Shown in pieces: positions 50,939-61,724 of a DNA stretch of 64,000 nucleotides. The position numbers and the translations under genes are program-made. Under the pieces are notes generated by a model. The model searched no databases. It was not told the DNA's origin and saw nothing but the letters and a program-made list of their open reading frames with translations. Origin of the DNA: Deinococcales bacterium (GTDB taxonomy: Bacteria > Deinococcota > Deinococci > Deinococcales > JAAFIG01); assembly GCA_031414595.1 (NCBI GenBank), contig JANNVX010000018.1, positions 64,001 through 128,000 on the forward strand, read 5' to 3'. Within the stretch, counting starts at the first letter, position 1. Each line of letters begins with the position of its first letter.

Positions 50939-51823
50939 ATGACCGAAGTCCAAAAAGGTTTTTTTGCGGCTCTGGCTGCCAGTGCAATTTGGGGTGGAAT
51001 GTATGTGGTCTCGAGAATCGTTCTCGAGGTGATTCCGCCGCTTCCATTGGTGGCATTGCGGATGTTGATTTCGACACTTTTTATTTTTGGATTGTATTTT
51101 TTACTGCGCCGTGAATTGCGTATCCCCAAAAGCGCATGGTCTCGAGTGGCGGTCATGGGGATTGTTGGCTATGTGGTCAGTATCTCGGCGCAATTTATTG
51201 GCACAAAACTGGCGGGTGCAGCCCTTGGGAGTTTAATCACCACTGCCTCACCGCTTTTTACAGTGGCAATCGCGGCTCTTTTTGGTTTTGAAAAAGTCGC
51301 ACCTCGGGCATGGCTTGGTTTAGGGCTGGGGATGGTGGCAGTTTACTTACTCAGTGGCGTAAGTGGCGGCGGTGATGCCACAGGTGCATTGTGGTTGGTT
51401 CTTGCTGCCCTCACATGGGGGGTACTTGGAGTGGTCGGCGGTCAAACCGTGGCTAAACTCGATGCTTTTGCGGTGACAGCATGGGCAAGTTTAATCGGAT
51501 GTATTGGCACATCTGCCCTGATTCCCCTCGAGACCAGCCCAATTCGTTTTGAAGCAATTAACCTTCCCGTTATTCTAGGAATACTTTACTTGGGGATTGT
51601 TTCAACTGCTGTTGCCTTTGCCTTGTGGGTGTATGGAGTCTCGAGGGCGGGCAGTGTTTTATCTGGAATCGCTTTTTTTGCCCAACCCGTGGTTGGGTCT
51701 TTACTTGGGGCGTTACTGCTGAATGAAAAACTGAACTCGAGTTTTATAATTGCCGCAGGGTTATTATTTTTTGGTGCTTGGCTGGCACGACCTACGCCAA
51801 GCAAGCAACCAGAATCCGCTTAA
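50939..51823 (+). CDS. DMT/EamA-family transporter
   Basis: IWGGMYVV, about 10 TM segments in two EamA repeats, QPVVG..LLLNE. Confidence 0.9.
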   Translation: MTEVQKGFFAALAASAIWGGMYVVSRIVLEVIPPLPLVALRMLISTLFIFGLYFLLRRELRIPKSAWSRVAVMGIVGYVVSISAQFIGTKLAGAALGSLITTASPLFTVAIAALFGFEKVAPRAWLGLGLGMVAVYLLSGVSGGGDATGALWLVLAALTWGVLGVVGGQTVAKLDAFAVTAWASLIGCIGTSALIPLETSPIRFEAINLPVILGILYLGIVSTAVAFALWVYGVSRAGSVLSGIAFFAQPVVGSLLGALLLNEKLNSSFIIAAGLLFFGAWLARPTPSKQPESA

Positions 51824-53296
51824 GGACAGCAACAACAACAGCACTGCCAAGGCACTGGCTTCGCCAATCTGGTTAGGACGGGCAAGACGTTGGTAAATCA
51901 AAGTGGTTAGGGTTGCCCATTCTGGACGCGAGAGCATTAAAGTCGCAGCGAATTCCCCGACGACCACAGCAAATGCAAGGGCGATGCCACTGCGAATAGA
52001 AGGCTCAATTAACGGCAGCAGAATAAACCAAAATTCTTGCCACCTGTTTGCTCCATCTAAACTGGCAGCTTGGAGCATCTCTGGCTCGAGTTGCCGCAAT
52101 GCCGCAAGTGTGGCTCGAGTGATGAGTGGGTAGGCGGTTAGGGCATACACAGCAATCAGAAGCGGCAGACTGGCGCTTAGGCTTGGGTACGAGACCAGAT
52201 AAGCCACCCCAAGCAGGGTACTCGAGATGGCAAGTGGCAATAAAGACAGCGCATCTAAAAAATTGTTTTTGCTGCGCCAAACGGCGAGCGCGTAACTGAT
52301 GCCTAATGGTATGGCAACCGCTAAAGCCAAAGCTGCAAAGCGAAGATTGTTCCAAATGGCGGTGCTAAGACTGATTTGAAAAACACTGCTCGAGACAGCA
52401 AAAAGCTGTTGGTAATGGCGTAATGTCAGTCCTGTAGGACTCCAAACACTTTTTATTAACACAGTTAAAAGTGGTGCAAAAGTCAGAAGTACCAAAAATC
52501 CGATGCTCCCAATCAATGCCCCTCGAGTCCAACCAGTGGCTTTAGGGCGGTACGCATCAAAATTTTGGCTTTGGCTGTGGCGACCTTCAAAACTTGTCAC
52601 CAACCACGCCGCACCAAAAGTGATTAAAAATTGTAGCAAGGCTAAACCAGCCGCCACCTCGAGTTCAAGACGTTGGATGCTTAAGTACATCTCGACTTCT
52701 ACGGTGGCAAAAACAGAACCACCCAGTAAAAGTGGCACACCAAAACTGGCAAAGGTGTACAAAAATGTAAAACCCGCTCCGATAAATGCACTTGGCAGCG
52801 CCAAAGGCAGCGTCACAAAACGCCAAACTTGCCATGTCGTTGCTCCTTCAAGCCTTGCCACATCCTCGAGTTCAAGGCTACGTGAACCCAAAGCCGTCAT
52901 CACAAAGCGAATGGCTAAGCCAAGGTTATAAAAAATATTTGCCAGTAGCACCAGCCACAGCGTTCCCTCGAGATTATAAATCCAGCCTTTTGCGCCAAAT
53001 AAGCCCAGAAAACCAAGGCCTGCCACCAAAACTGGCACGACAAAAGGAATGCTGAGTATGGCTTCTAACCAAGGCTTACCACGAAACGAAAATCTCGAGA
53101 AGAAACTGCCAAACATCAAAGCCAGAACCAGAACCAGCAGACTCGAGAGGCTGGCTTGCAGTAAAGTCATGGCTAAGCGTTCAAGGATAAACGGGTTAGT
53201 AAAGACTTGTAAATTGATACCTCGAGCCAGCAAGGTCAGGGTTGGAATCACCAAACAAAATAGTAAGAACAGCAAAAGTGGTATTGAGAGCAGCAT
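51764..53296 (-). CDS. ABC permease, ThiP/FbpB-like (two BPD_transp_1 repeats)
   Basis: PFVVPVLV, EDVARLEGA, QAASLDGA and GEFAATLML. Confidence 0.85.
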   Translation of the reverse strand: MLLSIPLLLFLLFCLVIPTLTLLARGINLQVFTNPFILERLAMTLLQASLSSLLVLVLALMFGSFFSRFSFRGKPWLEAILSIPFVVPVLVAGLGFLGLFGAKGWIYNLEGTLWLVLLANIFYNLGLAIRFVMTALGSRSLELEDVARLEGATTWQVWRFVTLPLALPSAFIGAGFTFLYTFASFGVPLLLGGSVFATVEVEMYLSIQRLELEVAAGLALLQFLITFGAAWLVTSFEGRHSQSQNFDAYRPKATGWTRGALIGSIGFLVLLTFAPLLTVLIKSVWSPTGLTLRHYQQLFAVSSSVFQISLSTAIWNNLRFAALALAVAIPLGISYALAVWRSKNNFLDALSLLPLAISSTLLGVAYLVSYPSLSASLPLLIAVYALTAYPLITRATLAALRQLEPEMLQAASLDGANRWQEFWFILLPLIEPSIRSGIALAFAVVVGEFAATLMLSRPEWATLTTLIYQRLARPNQIGEASALAVLLLLLSLSGFWLLAWRRSCQPSTKK

Positions 53297-53409
53297 TGTT
53301 TTTATTGTCTTGCAATTCGAGTCAAAACACAATGGTTTTTGGGTAACGAGTACAATGGTTTGCTGCTAAACTAAGTGGCATGAAAATTCAGTCATTCAGG
53401 TAATGGATA

Positions 53410-54036
53410 ATGCGGCTTGATAAACTCCCTCCTGTTGGTCATTTTGAACGCTCACAAGATGAGATACTTTCGCAAAGCATCACGGCATACTTCTTGGGAC
53501 GTTGTGAATTCCCAAATAATCAAGCCGAAATCAGTATTCTTGGACATGAAACCATGCCGCCAACGGTTTATGACCTCGCTTGGAAACTCGAGCCGTCCGA
53601 AAACTGGTTCGCCCACCGCCTCGGCACGATTTACCATGATGTTAATGCCAAAGGTGAATTTGTCAGTGCTGGCGCAGCCGCGATTTTGGTCACGGACAGG
53701 CATGTTCGTCTAATGGTTGGGGCTGGTGTCTACAATAAATCCTTGGCGGTGCGTGGTTCGCGTTCCGAAGGCACGCATTTGGAAAAGTACGTTTTTAGGT
53801 TTATTGAATTAGCCAGTATTGCGGCTGGCGACGTTTTAATTTTAGAACACTGGAAACTCGGCAAGTTCTTTCTCAAAATCCCGTGGGCGAGGTCTTTGGC
53901 AGCACTTATTTCGGGGCTTCGTGTCAATGCCAAATCGCCTAAAATTCTCGAGAATAGTGTCATCACAAGCGCCCAAAAAAACCGTCTTGGTTCGGTTCGC
54001 ACCGTGCAGATTTTGGATGTTCAGGGTAAAGTGTAG
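53410..54036 (+). CDS. Hypothetical protein
   Basis: 208-aa ORF filling the gap; no family recognised. Confidence 0.55.
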   Translation: MRLDKLPPVGHFERSQDEILSQSITAYFLGRCEFPNNQAEISILGHETMPPTVYDLAWKLEPSENWFAHRLGTIYHDVNAKGEFVSAGAAAILVTDRHVRLMVGAGVYNKSLAVRGSRSEGTHLEKYVFRFIELASIAAGDVLILEHWKLGKFFLKIPWARSLAALISGLRVNAKSPKILENSVITSAQKNRLGSVRTVQILDVQGKV

Positions 54037-54050
54037 TCAAAGAGGTCATT

Positions 54051-54773
54051 ATGAAAATAGGTTTACAACTGTACAGCATCCGTGATTCCCTTGGCTTAGA
54101 TTACTTGGCAACCTTGCAACAAGTTAGACAAATGGGGTACTCAGGGGTTGAATTGTTCGGAGAGCATCATTCGGGTGCTGACACCAAAGCCATGCTCGAG
54201 ACTTCTGGTTTAGTGTCAATAGCCCATCATTTTACTTTTGACCAACTGCGCTCTGATTTTGCAGCTTGTGCTGGACGCGCTAAAGAGATTGGCACGGACT
54301 TTTTGGTCTGTGCATGGAGTATGCCGTCTGAAACACTCGGTTGGCAAGAAATTCTAAACGGATTATCTGAAATTGCCCAAAAAGCTCAGCAAGCCAACTT
54401 GCGTTTTGCTTATCACAACCACGACCATGAAATCCGTCAAACCTTAAATAATACTTCAGTGATGGAGCAAATTTTATTGCTGACAAATGGCGAAATAGAT
54501 GTGGCTTGGGTTCATGCTGGCGGACAAAATCCAGCCGTTTTTCTCGAGCAACATGCTCAAAAAGCACACTTGCTGCACATTAAAGATGTTTTACTCGAGG
54601 GTGAGACTTGGCAAACTGTAGAACTCGGACATGGTACTGTGCCACTGAGCGAAGTTTTACAAGTTGCTCTAAAAACCCCGTCCGAATGGCTGATTGTCGA
54701 ACAAGACCACAGTCCAGACCCGTTAGGCAGCGCAGAACGCAATATACAGTGGTTAAAGGCTGCTCTGGGATAA
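54051..54773 (+). CDS. Sugar phosphate isomerase/epimerase (xylose-isomerase-like TIM barrel)
   Basis: GLQLYSIR, YHNHDHE, LHIKD and IVEQD. Confidence 0.9.
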   Translation: MKIGLQLYSIRDSLGLDYLATLQQVRQMGYSGVELFGEHHSGADTKAMLETSGLVSIAHHFTFDQLRSDFAACAGRAKEIGTDFLVCAWSMPSETLGWQEILNGLSEIAQKAQQANLRFAYHNHDHEIRQTLNNTSVMEQILLLTNGEIDVAWVHAGGQNPAVFLEQHAQKAHLLHIKDVLLEGETWQTVELGHGTVPLSEVLQVALKTPSEWLIVEQDHSPDPLGSAERNIQWLKAALG

Positions 54774-55645
54774 TGAAATACTTGGTGCTGCTGCTTGTCT
54801 TGTTGTTCTCGGATGCTTTGGCGCAGACTCGAGACGCTTGGGCAGCCCCTTGGGATGGTTATTTTCTGCCGCTCGGCACAGCCCCAATAGCGGGTGGTTG
54901 TGCCATAGACGCTGGGTTTCGGATTGCCAATTACCTCAGTTACAATTCGGGCGCATGGGGCAATATCAATACCGATGTTGAGGTCTGGACAGCCAAAATT
55001 GGAATTCGAGCCTCGAGTCCAATTGGTGAATTTAGTGCCGCCATTCCAATCTATTTGGCATGGGGCGGAATCCTAGACCCTGTGCTAAATGTGATTCATC
55101 GCTGGCTTGGGGTTGGGGTTAGCCCAGAGCCGCCGCTTTCCGAAATTCGCTACAGTTTAGCCACTGGCGAAAGCAAAATTGTCGGTGGTACACGCTTCGG
55201 CATTGGCGACGCGCTGCTTTCTTGGGCGTACAACCTCGAGCCGTTTTGGGTACGAACCACTCTAGGTATTCCAACGGGTGATGCAAACCAGTTTTTTGGT
55301 TCTGGCGGCTGGCGAATTCAACTGTCGGCAGGTCTCGAGCAGAAATTATTCGGGGTGCAAATCGGAGTTTTAATTCCGCTTGGGATACAAACTGCTATTG
55401 AGGTCTTCAAACCACAAGCCAGTCTGCAAATGCGATTTTGGTGGCAACTGCCGTATCAATTACCTCTGCTGCTCGAGCTTCATGCTACTACTAGCCCTGT
55501 GCAAATCGGTGGACAATTTGCGGCTACGGTCATTGCAATTCGGTTTGTTTGGCAGACCAATGCAGGGCAGTTTAGTTTTGTTGAAGATATTTCACCAACC
55601 CTCCCAGATGTGGTTTTGGCTTGGGATGGAAGATTTTTATGCTAG
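54773..55645 (+). CDS. Secreted hypothetical protein (DUF3187-like)
   Basis: Signal peptide, GGILDPVLNVIHRWLG, GIGD and PTGD..GSGG. Confidence 0.55.
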   Translation: MKYLVLLLVLLFSDALAQTRDAWAAPWDGYFLPLGTAPIAGGCAIDAGFRIANYLSYNSGAWGNINTDVEVWTAKIGIRASSPIGEFSAAIPIYLAWGGILDPVLNVIHRWLGVGVSPEPPLSEIRYSLATGESKIVGGTRFGIGDALLSWAYNLEPFWVRTTLGIPTGDANQFFGSGGWRIQLSAGLEQKLFGVQIGVLIPLGIQTAIEVFKPQASLQMRFWWQLPYQLPLLLELHATTSPVQIGGQFAATVIAIRFVWQTNAGQFSFVEDISPTLPDVVLAWDGRFLC

Positions 55646-55652
55646 ATAAAAC

Positions 55653-55692
55653 TTGACATGCTCTGACTTTGTGACTACATTGTAATTACAAA
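55653..55692 (+). promoter_or_regulatory. mazEF promoter with overlapping palindromic operator
   Basis: TTGACA-N17-TACATT with imperfect palindrome TTTGTGACTACATTGTAATTACAAA (55668-55692). Confidence 0.75.
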
Positions 55693-55704
55693 GGAAGTGT
55701 TTTT

Positions 55705-55965
55705 ATGCTAACTACTCATACGCAATTGGTGAAAATTGGTAATTCCCAAGGGATTCGGATTCCAAAAGTGATGCTCGAGCAACTGGATTTTGAGGGTGGC
55801 GTAGAACTCATTGTTTCAGCTAAACAACTGATTGTGCGTTCTAAACGAATACCGAGACAAGGCTGGGCAGAACAATTTAAGCAAATGCACAAGTTGGGCG
55901 AAGATCAATTGCTTGAACCAGAAATCATAGAAACCACTTGGGAAAAAGAAGAATGGCAGTGGTAA
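55705..55965 (+). CDS. mazE: AbrB/MazE-family antitoxin
   Basis: KIGNSQGIRIPK..RQGWAEQF..EEWQW. Confidence 0.9.
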   Translation: MLTTHTQLVKIGNSQGIRIPKVMLEQLDFEGGVELIVSAKQLIVRSKRIPRQGWAEQFKQMHKLGEDQLLEPEIIETTWEKEEWQW

Positions 55966-56276
55966 GTCGTTTTGAAGTTTATTTGGTCAATCTCGAGCCA
56001 ACTGTTGGTGCAGAAATTCAAAAGATTCGCCCATGTGTGATTGTCTCACCAGATGAAATGAACGACCATATTCAAACCGTGATTATTGCGCCAATGACCA
56101 CAAAAACTCGGCAATTCCCAAGTCGAGTAGCTTGTCAATTTGAGAACAAAGCCGCTTTTGTTGTGCTAGACCAGCTACGAACCCTTGATAAAATAAGACT
56201 GGGAAAATACTTGGGTAAACTCGAGCTTCAAACTCAAGCAGAAATTCTTGGTGTTTTACGCGAAATGTTTGAATAA
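55953..56276 (+). CDS. mazF: PemK/MazF-family toxin
   Basis: VNLEPTVGAEIQKIRPCVIVSP and LDQLRTLDK. Confidence 0.92.
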   Translation: MAVVSRFEVYLVNLEPTVGAEIQKIRPCVIVSPDEMNDHIQTVIIAPMTTKTRQFPSRVACQFENKAAFVVLDQLRTLDKIRLGKYLGKLELQTQAEILGVLREMFE

Positions 56277-56278
56277 TA

Positions 56279-57595
56279 CTATCTGGTTAATTCCTTTCTT
56301 GCCGTACTGACTACATCGGTTAGACTCAAATCTGCCCAACCTTTGGATGTGCCAATAGCGCGTTTGTAAACCTCGAGAATCCGTTTGGTCATGGTGGTGT
56401 GCGACCCTTCAATAAAGGCAAAGGCTTTAGCGGCTGCCGCAAACTCGAGGCGTTTGGGTTCGTTTTGCAGTAGCTCCAAGGCTTTATCGGCAAAAGCCTG
56501 TGGGTCGGTAGGGTCTACTAAGAATCCTGTTTTTCCATCTAGTACACAAGTCGTGATGCCCATTTCGGCTCGTGCCACAACGGGGCAACTGCACACATTG
56601 GCTTCGAGGGCAACTAAGCCTTGGGTTTCGCTTACGCTGGCAAAAACAAATAAATGAGCGTGTTGATAATAGCCACTGACTTCGGTGTTTGCCACATAAC
56701 CCGTGAACGTCACGGCTTGCTCGAGTTTAAGTGTTTTGCAGTAGGCTTCTAAGGTTTTGCGCTCAGGACCGTCACCAACAATAATCAGGTGCGTTTTGGG
56801 CATGGCAGTGTGAATCAACTTAAAACGGTCAAGGAGTGCGTCTATGGATTTTTCCTTACCGATTCTCGAGACGGTCAGCAATCGCTTATGGTCTTTTGGA
56901 ATGTTGTGCTTTGGGAATGGGTCGGGTTTAGGTAAGGCTAATGCCTCGAGGTTGATACCGTTCGGCACAACTGAAATCGGACTTTGCACACCCATTTCCA
57001 CCAGTTCATCCGCCATTGGTGCGGCTGGACTAATAATCTCTAAGTTACGATTGCACAACCATTGGTCTATTCGGGCGGCTAAGGCTTGGGTGCGGTGTTC
57101 TAAACCATCACTCAGGCGCTGCGAAACTCTGGTGCGGCTTCTCGAGCCGCGCACATACCAGCGTTTATCGTTCATTAACCATGACATTGTGGCATAAAAC
57201 GGGGCGTAATGCACGTAATCCCTGAATCTTGTGTGGTAAGTCATGACCACAGGAACATTCAGTAAGCGCCCAATGCCTAAACCAATCACTGGCATGACCA
57301 CGCCGTGGGTGTGAATAATATCAAATTTCTTTTGCCTGAACTCGAGAATTTTGCGTAAACTAGGTGGAAACGCATACCGTTGCTCTGGTTGCGGGCGGTA
57401 CGTGGTTGAACGAACCCGAATCACATTGGCTTCTGGTATTTGCTGCGGGTGTTTTGGGGCAACAATCGTCACAACATGCCCCATTTCCTCGAGTCCACGT
57501 TTTAGATTGACCACACTGGTGACGACCCCGTTAATTTGAGGCGTATAAGTATCGGTAAAAAGAGCGACCCGTAAAGGGCGGTTTGTTTGAGCCAT
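56279..57595 (-). CDS. GT4 glycosyltransferase (diacylglycerol glucosyltransferase-like)
   Basis: FTDTYTPQINGVVTS, TYHT, RIGKEK and ETQGLVALEA. Confidence 0.9.
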   Translation of the reverse strand: MAQTNRPLRVALFTDTYTPQINGVVTSVVNLKRGLEEMGHVVTIVAPKHPQQIPEANVIRVRSTTYRPQPEQRYAFPPSLRKILEFRQKKFDIIHTHGVVMPVIGLGIGRLLNVPVVMTYHTRFRDYVHYAPFYATMSWLMNDKRWYVRGSRSRTRVSQRLSDGLEHRTQALAARIDQWLCNRNLEIISPAAPMADELVEMGVQSPISVVPNGINLEALALPKPDPFPKHNIPKDHKRLLTVSRIGKEKSIDALLDRFKLIHTAMPKTHLIIVGDGPERKTLEAYCKTLKLEQAVTFTGYVANTEVSGYYQHAHLFVFASVSETQGLVALEANVCSCPVVARAEMGITTCVLDGKTGFLVDPTDPQAFADKALELLQNEPKRLEFAAAAKAFAFIEGSHTTMTKRILEVYKRAIGTSKGWADLSLTDVVSTARKELTR

Positions 57596-57633
57596 AAAGT
57601 AGTTTACGCGATTTTGTGGCTCAAGCGCAGGGT

Positions 57634-58200
57634 TTAATTGAAGGCTGCTTTTGGCTGTATGTTTTGGCTTAAACCTTGGTGCAGTAATTCTTGACGCAGT
57701 TGCTTGGTGCTGCCCGACAAAACAATGATTTTTGCGTGGTCAAGCGCCATTATCGTGGTGTTTTGATGCTGATAATCGGTTTCGTAAACCGACCAAGCCA
57801 TAAACGGGGCGATACTTTTGGCACAAATCATGGCAGCACTGATGTCCGGCACAACGATTTCGCTGTAGGCTTGGCGTTTTTGTTCGTCTAAAAGCCGCAT
57901 TGCTTCGAGTAAAACTGCACTGGCATTCAAAAACATTGTGCGGCTGATAGCTTGTTTAACAAACTTAAAGTAACCAGTCTGGCGACCCACAATTTCTAAG
58001 GCGGCTTTCATACCGTGTAAGCGCAGATGCTCGAGATGGGTAATCACCCCACGCTCCAAATGCAGCGTTGCCCCATTGACTTGCAGCACACCAGTGGACT
58101 GACTTTCAATTAAGTAGGCAATTAGCGACCCCATGCCGTCTACGTGTTCAAGAATGCCTTCTAAGTAACCTGAGGTGATAACCGTCTGATTGCTGGACAT
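57634..58200 (-). CDS. DUF4388-like domain protein
   Basis: STGVLQV..G.ITH..G.FKF..LLEAMRLLDE pattern and SD AGGAG. Confidence 0.65.
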   Translation of the reverse strand: MSSNQTVITSGYLEGILEHVDGMGSLIAYLIESQSTGVLQVNGATLHLERGVITHLEHLRLHGMKAALEIVGRQTGYFKFVKQAISRTMFLNASAVLLEAMRLLDEQKRQAYSEIVVPDISAAMICAKSIAPFMAWSVYETDYQHQNTTIMALDHAKIIVLSGSTKQLRQELLHQGLSQNIQPKAAFN

Positions 58201-58394
58201 AAATTCTCCTAATCTATAGCTTCTAGGCAATGCCTTTGATGCTTAAAAGAATAGTTCTACAGCAGTTTTTTGTCGTCCACCCTTGAGTCTGGGATAAAGC
58301 CCAACTTTGGAATAGGAAGGGGATTTTGTGTTGTACGGTTTTCTCATTTCACGATGATGGGCAAAACCCAACTTGCTTGACGCTCAGGCTGTTT

Positions 58395-61300
58395 TTATGC
58401 CTCGAGCCTTAAGTGTTTTACTGGCTCGAGGCGGGTAAAGCGTTTGTTCTCGAGTAGGTAAAACAGGGCAGGTACAACATACAGCGTAAGAATTGTGGTG
58501 GTCAGTAAGCCCCCAAATATGATTGTGCCAAGTCCGCGCCGTAATTCTGCCCCTTCGCCACCACCAAGAATCAGGGGAATGCTAATCACCATCACGGTTA
58601 GCGTGGTCATGATGATTGGTCGTAAACGCAGTCCTCCCGAAGAAATCAGGGCTTCGGCTAGGGTCATGGTCTTGCTGCGCTCAACCACAAAATCCAGAAG
58701 TAAAATCGCATTTTTGGTACTTAAACCAATCAAGACAACCATGCCAAGTACACCAATCACATCAAAGCCAATCCCAGACAGTGCCAGCGCCCAGACTCCG
58801 CCAACGATGGCAAGTGGGACGGGGACAAGTAAGTAAATCGGGTAACGAAAACTATTAAATTGTGCGCCTAAGACTAAGTAATTAAGAATTAAAGCCAAAC
58901 CGATAGCAATCGGGGCAAAGCGTACCAAGTCGCCAGTTAAGGCAGCATCAGAACTCGAATCGCCACTGCCAAAACGCACTTGGTCATCAAGGACTTTTTG
59001 ACTTATTAAGCGCTGCTCGAGGTCGGTGGTAAAGGCACTGGCAGCATCGGTAGACTTAAAATTAACGTTGATTCTGGCAGAATAGGCTTTGTTGTTGCGG
59101 TTAATTGTGGTCGGGGCTTCGCGCAGTTCAAAATGTCCGAGTTCGCCAATCGGTAAGCTCACCCCAAGGCTGGGGGCTAGTATGGGTAAGCCGAGTAAGG
59201 CTTGGGTATCGGTGATGGTTTCGGGACGTAAGCCAACCATAATCGGGATGCTTTCGCCGTTCGGTGAGCGCATTTCGCCAGCTTTGCTCCCCTCGAGTGA
59301 TTCGCGTAAGACATTGGCTAGGTCAGCACTGCTCAGTCCTGTGCGCTCGAGTTGAATCAAATTTGGAATAAAAACCCGTTCTGGGGCGCTGATACCTAAG
59401 CTGCTGCGGCTGCTGGCAACCCTGGGGTCAGCACGAATGGCTTTTAGGACAGCCAAGTGCCGAGCCTCGAGCAATTCTTGGCTTTGGGCGTTGAGAATAA
59501 TCGTTGTACCTGTACCTGTGCTGCCTTCTTCACCAGCCAAAACCCGAACTTCGGCTTCTGGGTTTTTGGCAAATAAGGTTTTGACTTGGCTGCGCCATTT
59601 TTCTACCAGCACAAATACATTCTGGCGTTCTTTGGGTGGTATTAACTCGAGGTTGAGACTGGCACTGTCGCTGTTGACAGTGGTGGTGGTGCTTTTGACC
59701 TCAATCTGCGCGGCAGCAAATCGTTCTAATCGCCGCGTCAGGGCATCGGTGGTTTGGAGGTTTGTGCCTGATGGAAGGCTGAGTTGAATCGTGGCAATAC
59801 TGTTATCCGAAGCGGTTTGGAAGGTAAAAGGCACAAGCCCAAATGCCATGCCGCCAGAAAGTAAAAACAGAACGGCGGCAATCAGAACAATCGGTGACAA
59901 GCGCAAAACTACCCTTAAACTGCCTTCATAGCCACCCCGCAACCACTCGAGAAAACTGTTGGTCACAGTAAACATGGCATTACTTAAAGTTGTAAAAAGA
60001 GTAAACGCAAATACCACGGTGTGGCGTAAAACCCAGAGCAGCAAAGGATAGAGTAAAACACCCAGCACCGCCCACGGACTGACAAAATACAGTCCGAGTG
60101 CCAAACCAAGCCCACCAAGCCAGCCTAGCCAATTTTTGAGGATACCAATTGTCCAAATGGTACTGGCTCGAGCCTCGAGTAAACTGCTAAATGCCCCACG
60201 CCACGATTTAGGTTTTGGGTCTGGGGTATACGCCATGCGTACCGTTAAAAAGAAAATTGCCTCGAGCCACGAGAAAAAAATCGCGGCAGCTAAACCAAGT
60301 GCAAATTCCCTGAAGAACTGCCCAACGATACCAGGTAAGAAACTAATTGGCAGTAAGACCGCCAGCAACGACCAAGTTGCTGCACTGACGGCACTAAAAA
60401 TCTCGGATGTACCTTTAAGCACCGCCTCTATTCTCGAGTAACCCATATGGATGTAGCGCTCAACATTCTCGGCAACCACAATGCTGTCATCCACCACAAT
60501 ACCCATGGCGACAATTAGGGCAAGTAAGGTAATGATATTTAAGCTAAAACCCATCAGCGAAAAAAGTAAAGGGGCAGCCGCCAATGAAATCGGAATGGCT
60601 AGAATAACCGCAAAAGCGGTGTTGACTTTACCAAGTGCCATCAAGCAGATGATGGCAACCGCGATTGCCACCAAAATACCTTCTTTAAGGGTGTCATCAA
60701 CACTGTGCTGGATATAACTAGCGCCGTCGCCAACGGTTGTAATCGTAAAACCAGTCGGTATATTCACACCAGCCAAAGCCGCCCTCGAGTCGCGTACCAC
60801 ACTGACGGTATTGGAAATACTGGTTTTACGAAGGCTCAGTAACACCACAGCTTGCCCATTGACCCGAGAGTATGACTCGAGTTTAGATTCGCTGCTTCTG
60901 ACAAAAGCCACGTCCAGTACCCGTAAACCACGACTAGCATCTATTTGAATGGCTTCGATGTCCTCCACACTTTGCAAAATGTTGCGGGTGGTGATGCCAA
61001 CCCTACGTCCGTTAGCATCAAGCGTACCAGCTGGCAACTCGAGACTCTGATTTTGGATTGCCGCACTGACCTGAGCGGCGGTTAAGTTATAGCTGCTGAG
61101 TTTATCAGGCTCGAGCCTGACTTGAACTTCGCGTTTAGACGCACCGAGTAGCTGCACCGCACTAACCCCAGAAACACGCTCAAGCACAGGTTTAAGGTTC
61201 TTATCTGCCCATGTACGGGCAGCCTGTAAACCCTTGGGACTCGAGATGGCAATTTGCAGCACAGGTACAGCCGCCAAATCAAATTTTTCAACCACTGGTG

Positions 61301-61724
61301 CATTGGCGGCACTTGGTAATTCGGCACGGAGACTCGAGACTCGTCCTGCCAATTCATTGGCAGCACTGTCTATATTTGTGCCATTCTTAAAATTGATGAT
61401 CACTTGGCTAAAACCAGCCCCCGAGGTGCTGCTGATGTCGGTCACACCAGCAAGGGTCGAAATGTTGTCCTCAATAATTTTGGAAACACGCCTGTCCATG
61501 TCTAGCGGCGTACCACCGGGGTAGACTGTGGTGATGGACAAAACAGGGATACTCAGGGTTGGGTATAAGTTCACACCCAATCCGGGTATGGCAACCAGCC
61601 CAAACAACACCACAGCTAAGAACATCCCGATTGCCAGAACATAGCGTTTGATCATAAATGCAATCGCGGGATTGGTTTTGACGGTTTGGCTGTCAGAATC
61701 GGTCATGGTTTGGCGGTGGTTCAT
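58395..61724 (-). CDS. RND efflux permease (AcrB family)
   Basis: GIVVDDSIVVAENV, KNAILLLDF and RLRPIIMT. Confidence 0.95.
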   Translation of the reverse strand: MNHRQTMTDSDSQTVKTNPAIAFMIKRYVLAIGMFLAVVLFGLVAIPGLGVNLYPTLSIPVLSITTVYPGGTPLDMDRRVSKIIEDNISTLAGVTDISSTSGAGFSQVIINFKNGTNIDSAANELAGRVSSLRAELPSAANAPVVEKFDLAAVPVLQIAISSPKGLQAARTWADKNLKPVLERVSGVSAVQLLGASKREVQVRLEPDKLSSYNLTAAQVSAAIQNQSLELPAGTLDANGRRVGITTRNILQSVEDIEAIQIDASRGLRVLDVAFVRSSESKLESYSRVNGQAVVLLSLRKTSISNTVSVVRDSRAALAGVNIPTGFTITTVGDGASYIQHSVDDTLKEGILVAIAVAIICLMALGKVNTAFAVILAIPISLAAAPLLFSLMGFSLNIITLLALIVAMGIVVDDSIVVAENVERYIHMGYSRIEAVLKGTSEIFSAVSAATWSLLAVLLPISFLPGIVGQFFREFALGLAAAIFFSWLEAIFFLTVRMAYTPDPKPKSWRGAFSSLLEARASTIWTIGILKNWLGWLGGLGLALGLYFVSPWAVLGVLLYPLLLWVLRHTVVFAFTLFTTLSNAMFTVTNSFLEWLRGGYEGSLRVVLRLSPIVLIAAVLFLLSGGMAFGLVPFTFQTASDNSIATIQLSLPSGTNLQTTDALTRRLERFAAAQIEVKSTTTTVNSDSASLNLELIPPKERQNVFVLVEKWRSQVKTLFAKNPEAEVRVLAGEEGSTGTGTTIILNAQSQELLEARHLAVLKAIRADPRVASSRSSLGISAPERVFIPNLIQLERTGLSSADLANVLRESLEGSKAGEMRSPNGESIPIMVGLRPETITDTQALLGLPILAPSLGVSLPIGELGHFELREAPTTINRNNKAYSARINVNFKSTDAASAFTTDLEQRLISQKVLDDQVRFGSGDSSSDAALTGDLVRFAPIAIGLALILNYLVLGAQFNSFRYPIYLLVPVPLAIVGGVWALALSGIGFDVIGVLGMVVLIGLSTKNAILLLDFVVERSKTMTLAEALISSGGLRLRPIIMTTLTVMVISIPLILGGGEGAELRRGLGTIIFGGLLTTTILTLYVVPALFYLLENKRFTRLEPVKHLRLEA

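Noticed and set aside
53297-53409. TPP riboswitch before the ThiP-like permease
   Set aside because: No CTGAGA..ACCTG core was seen, so the substrate is left unassigned.
58201-58394. c-di-GMP or c-di-AMP riboswitch
   Set aside because: Only a GGCAAA-like fragment on the wrong strand; the consensus helices are missing.
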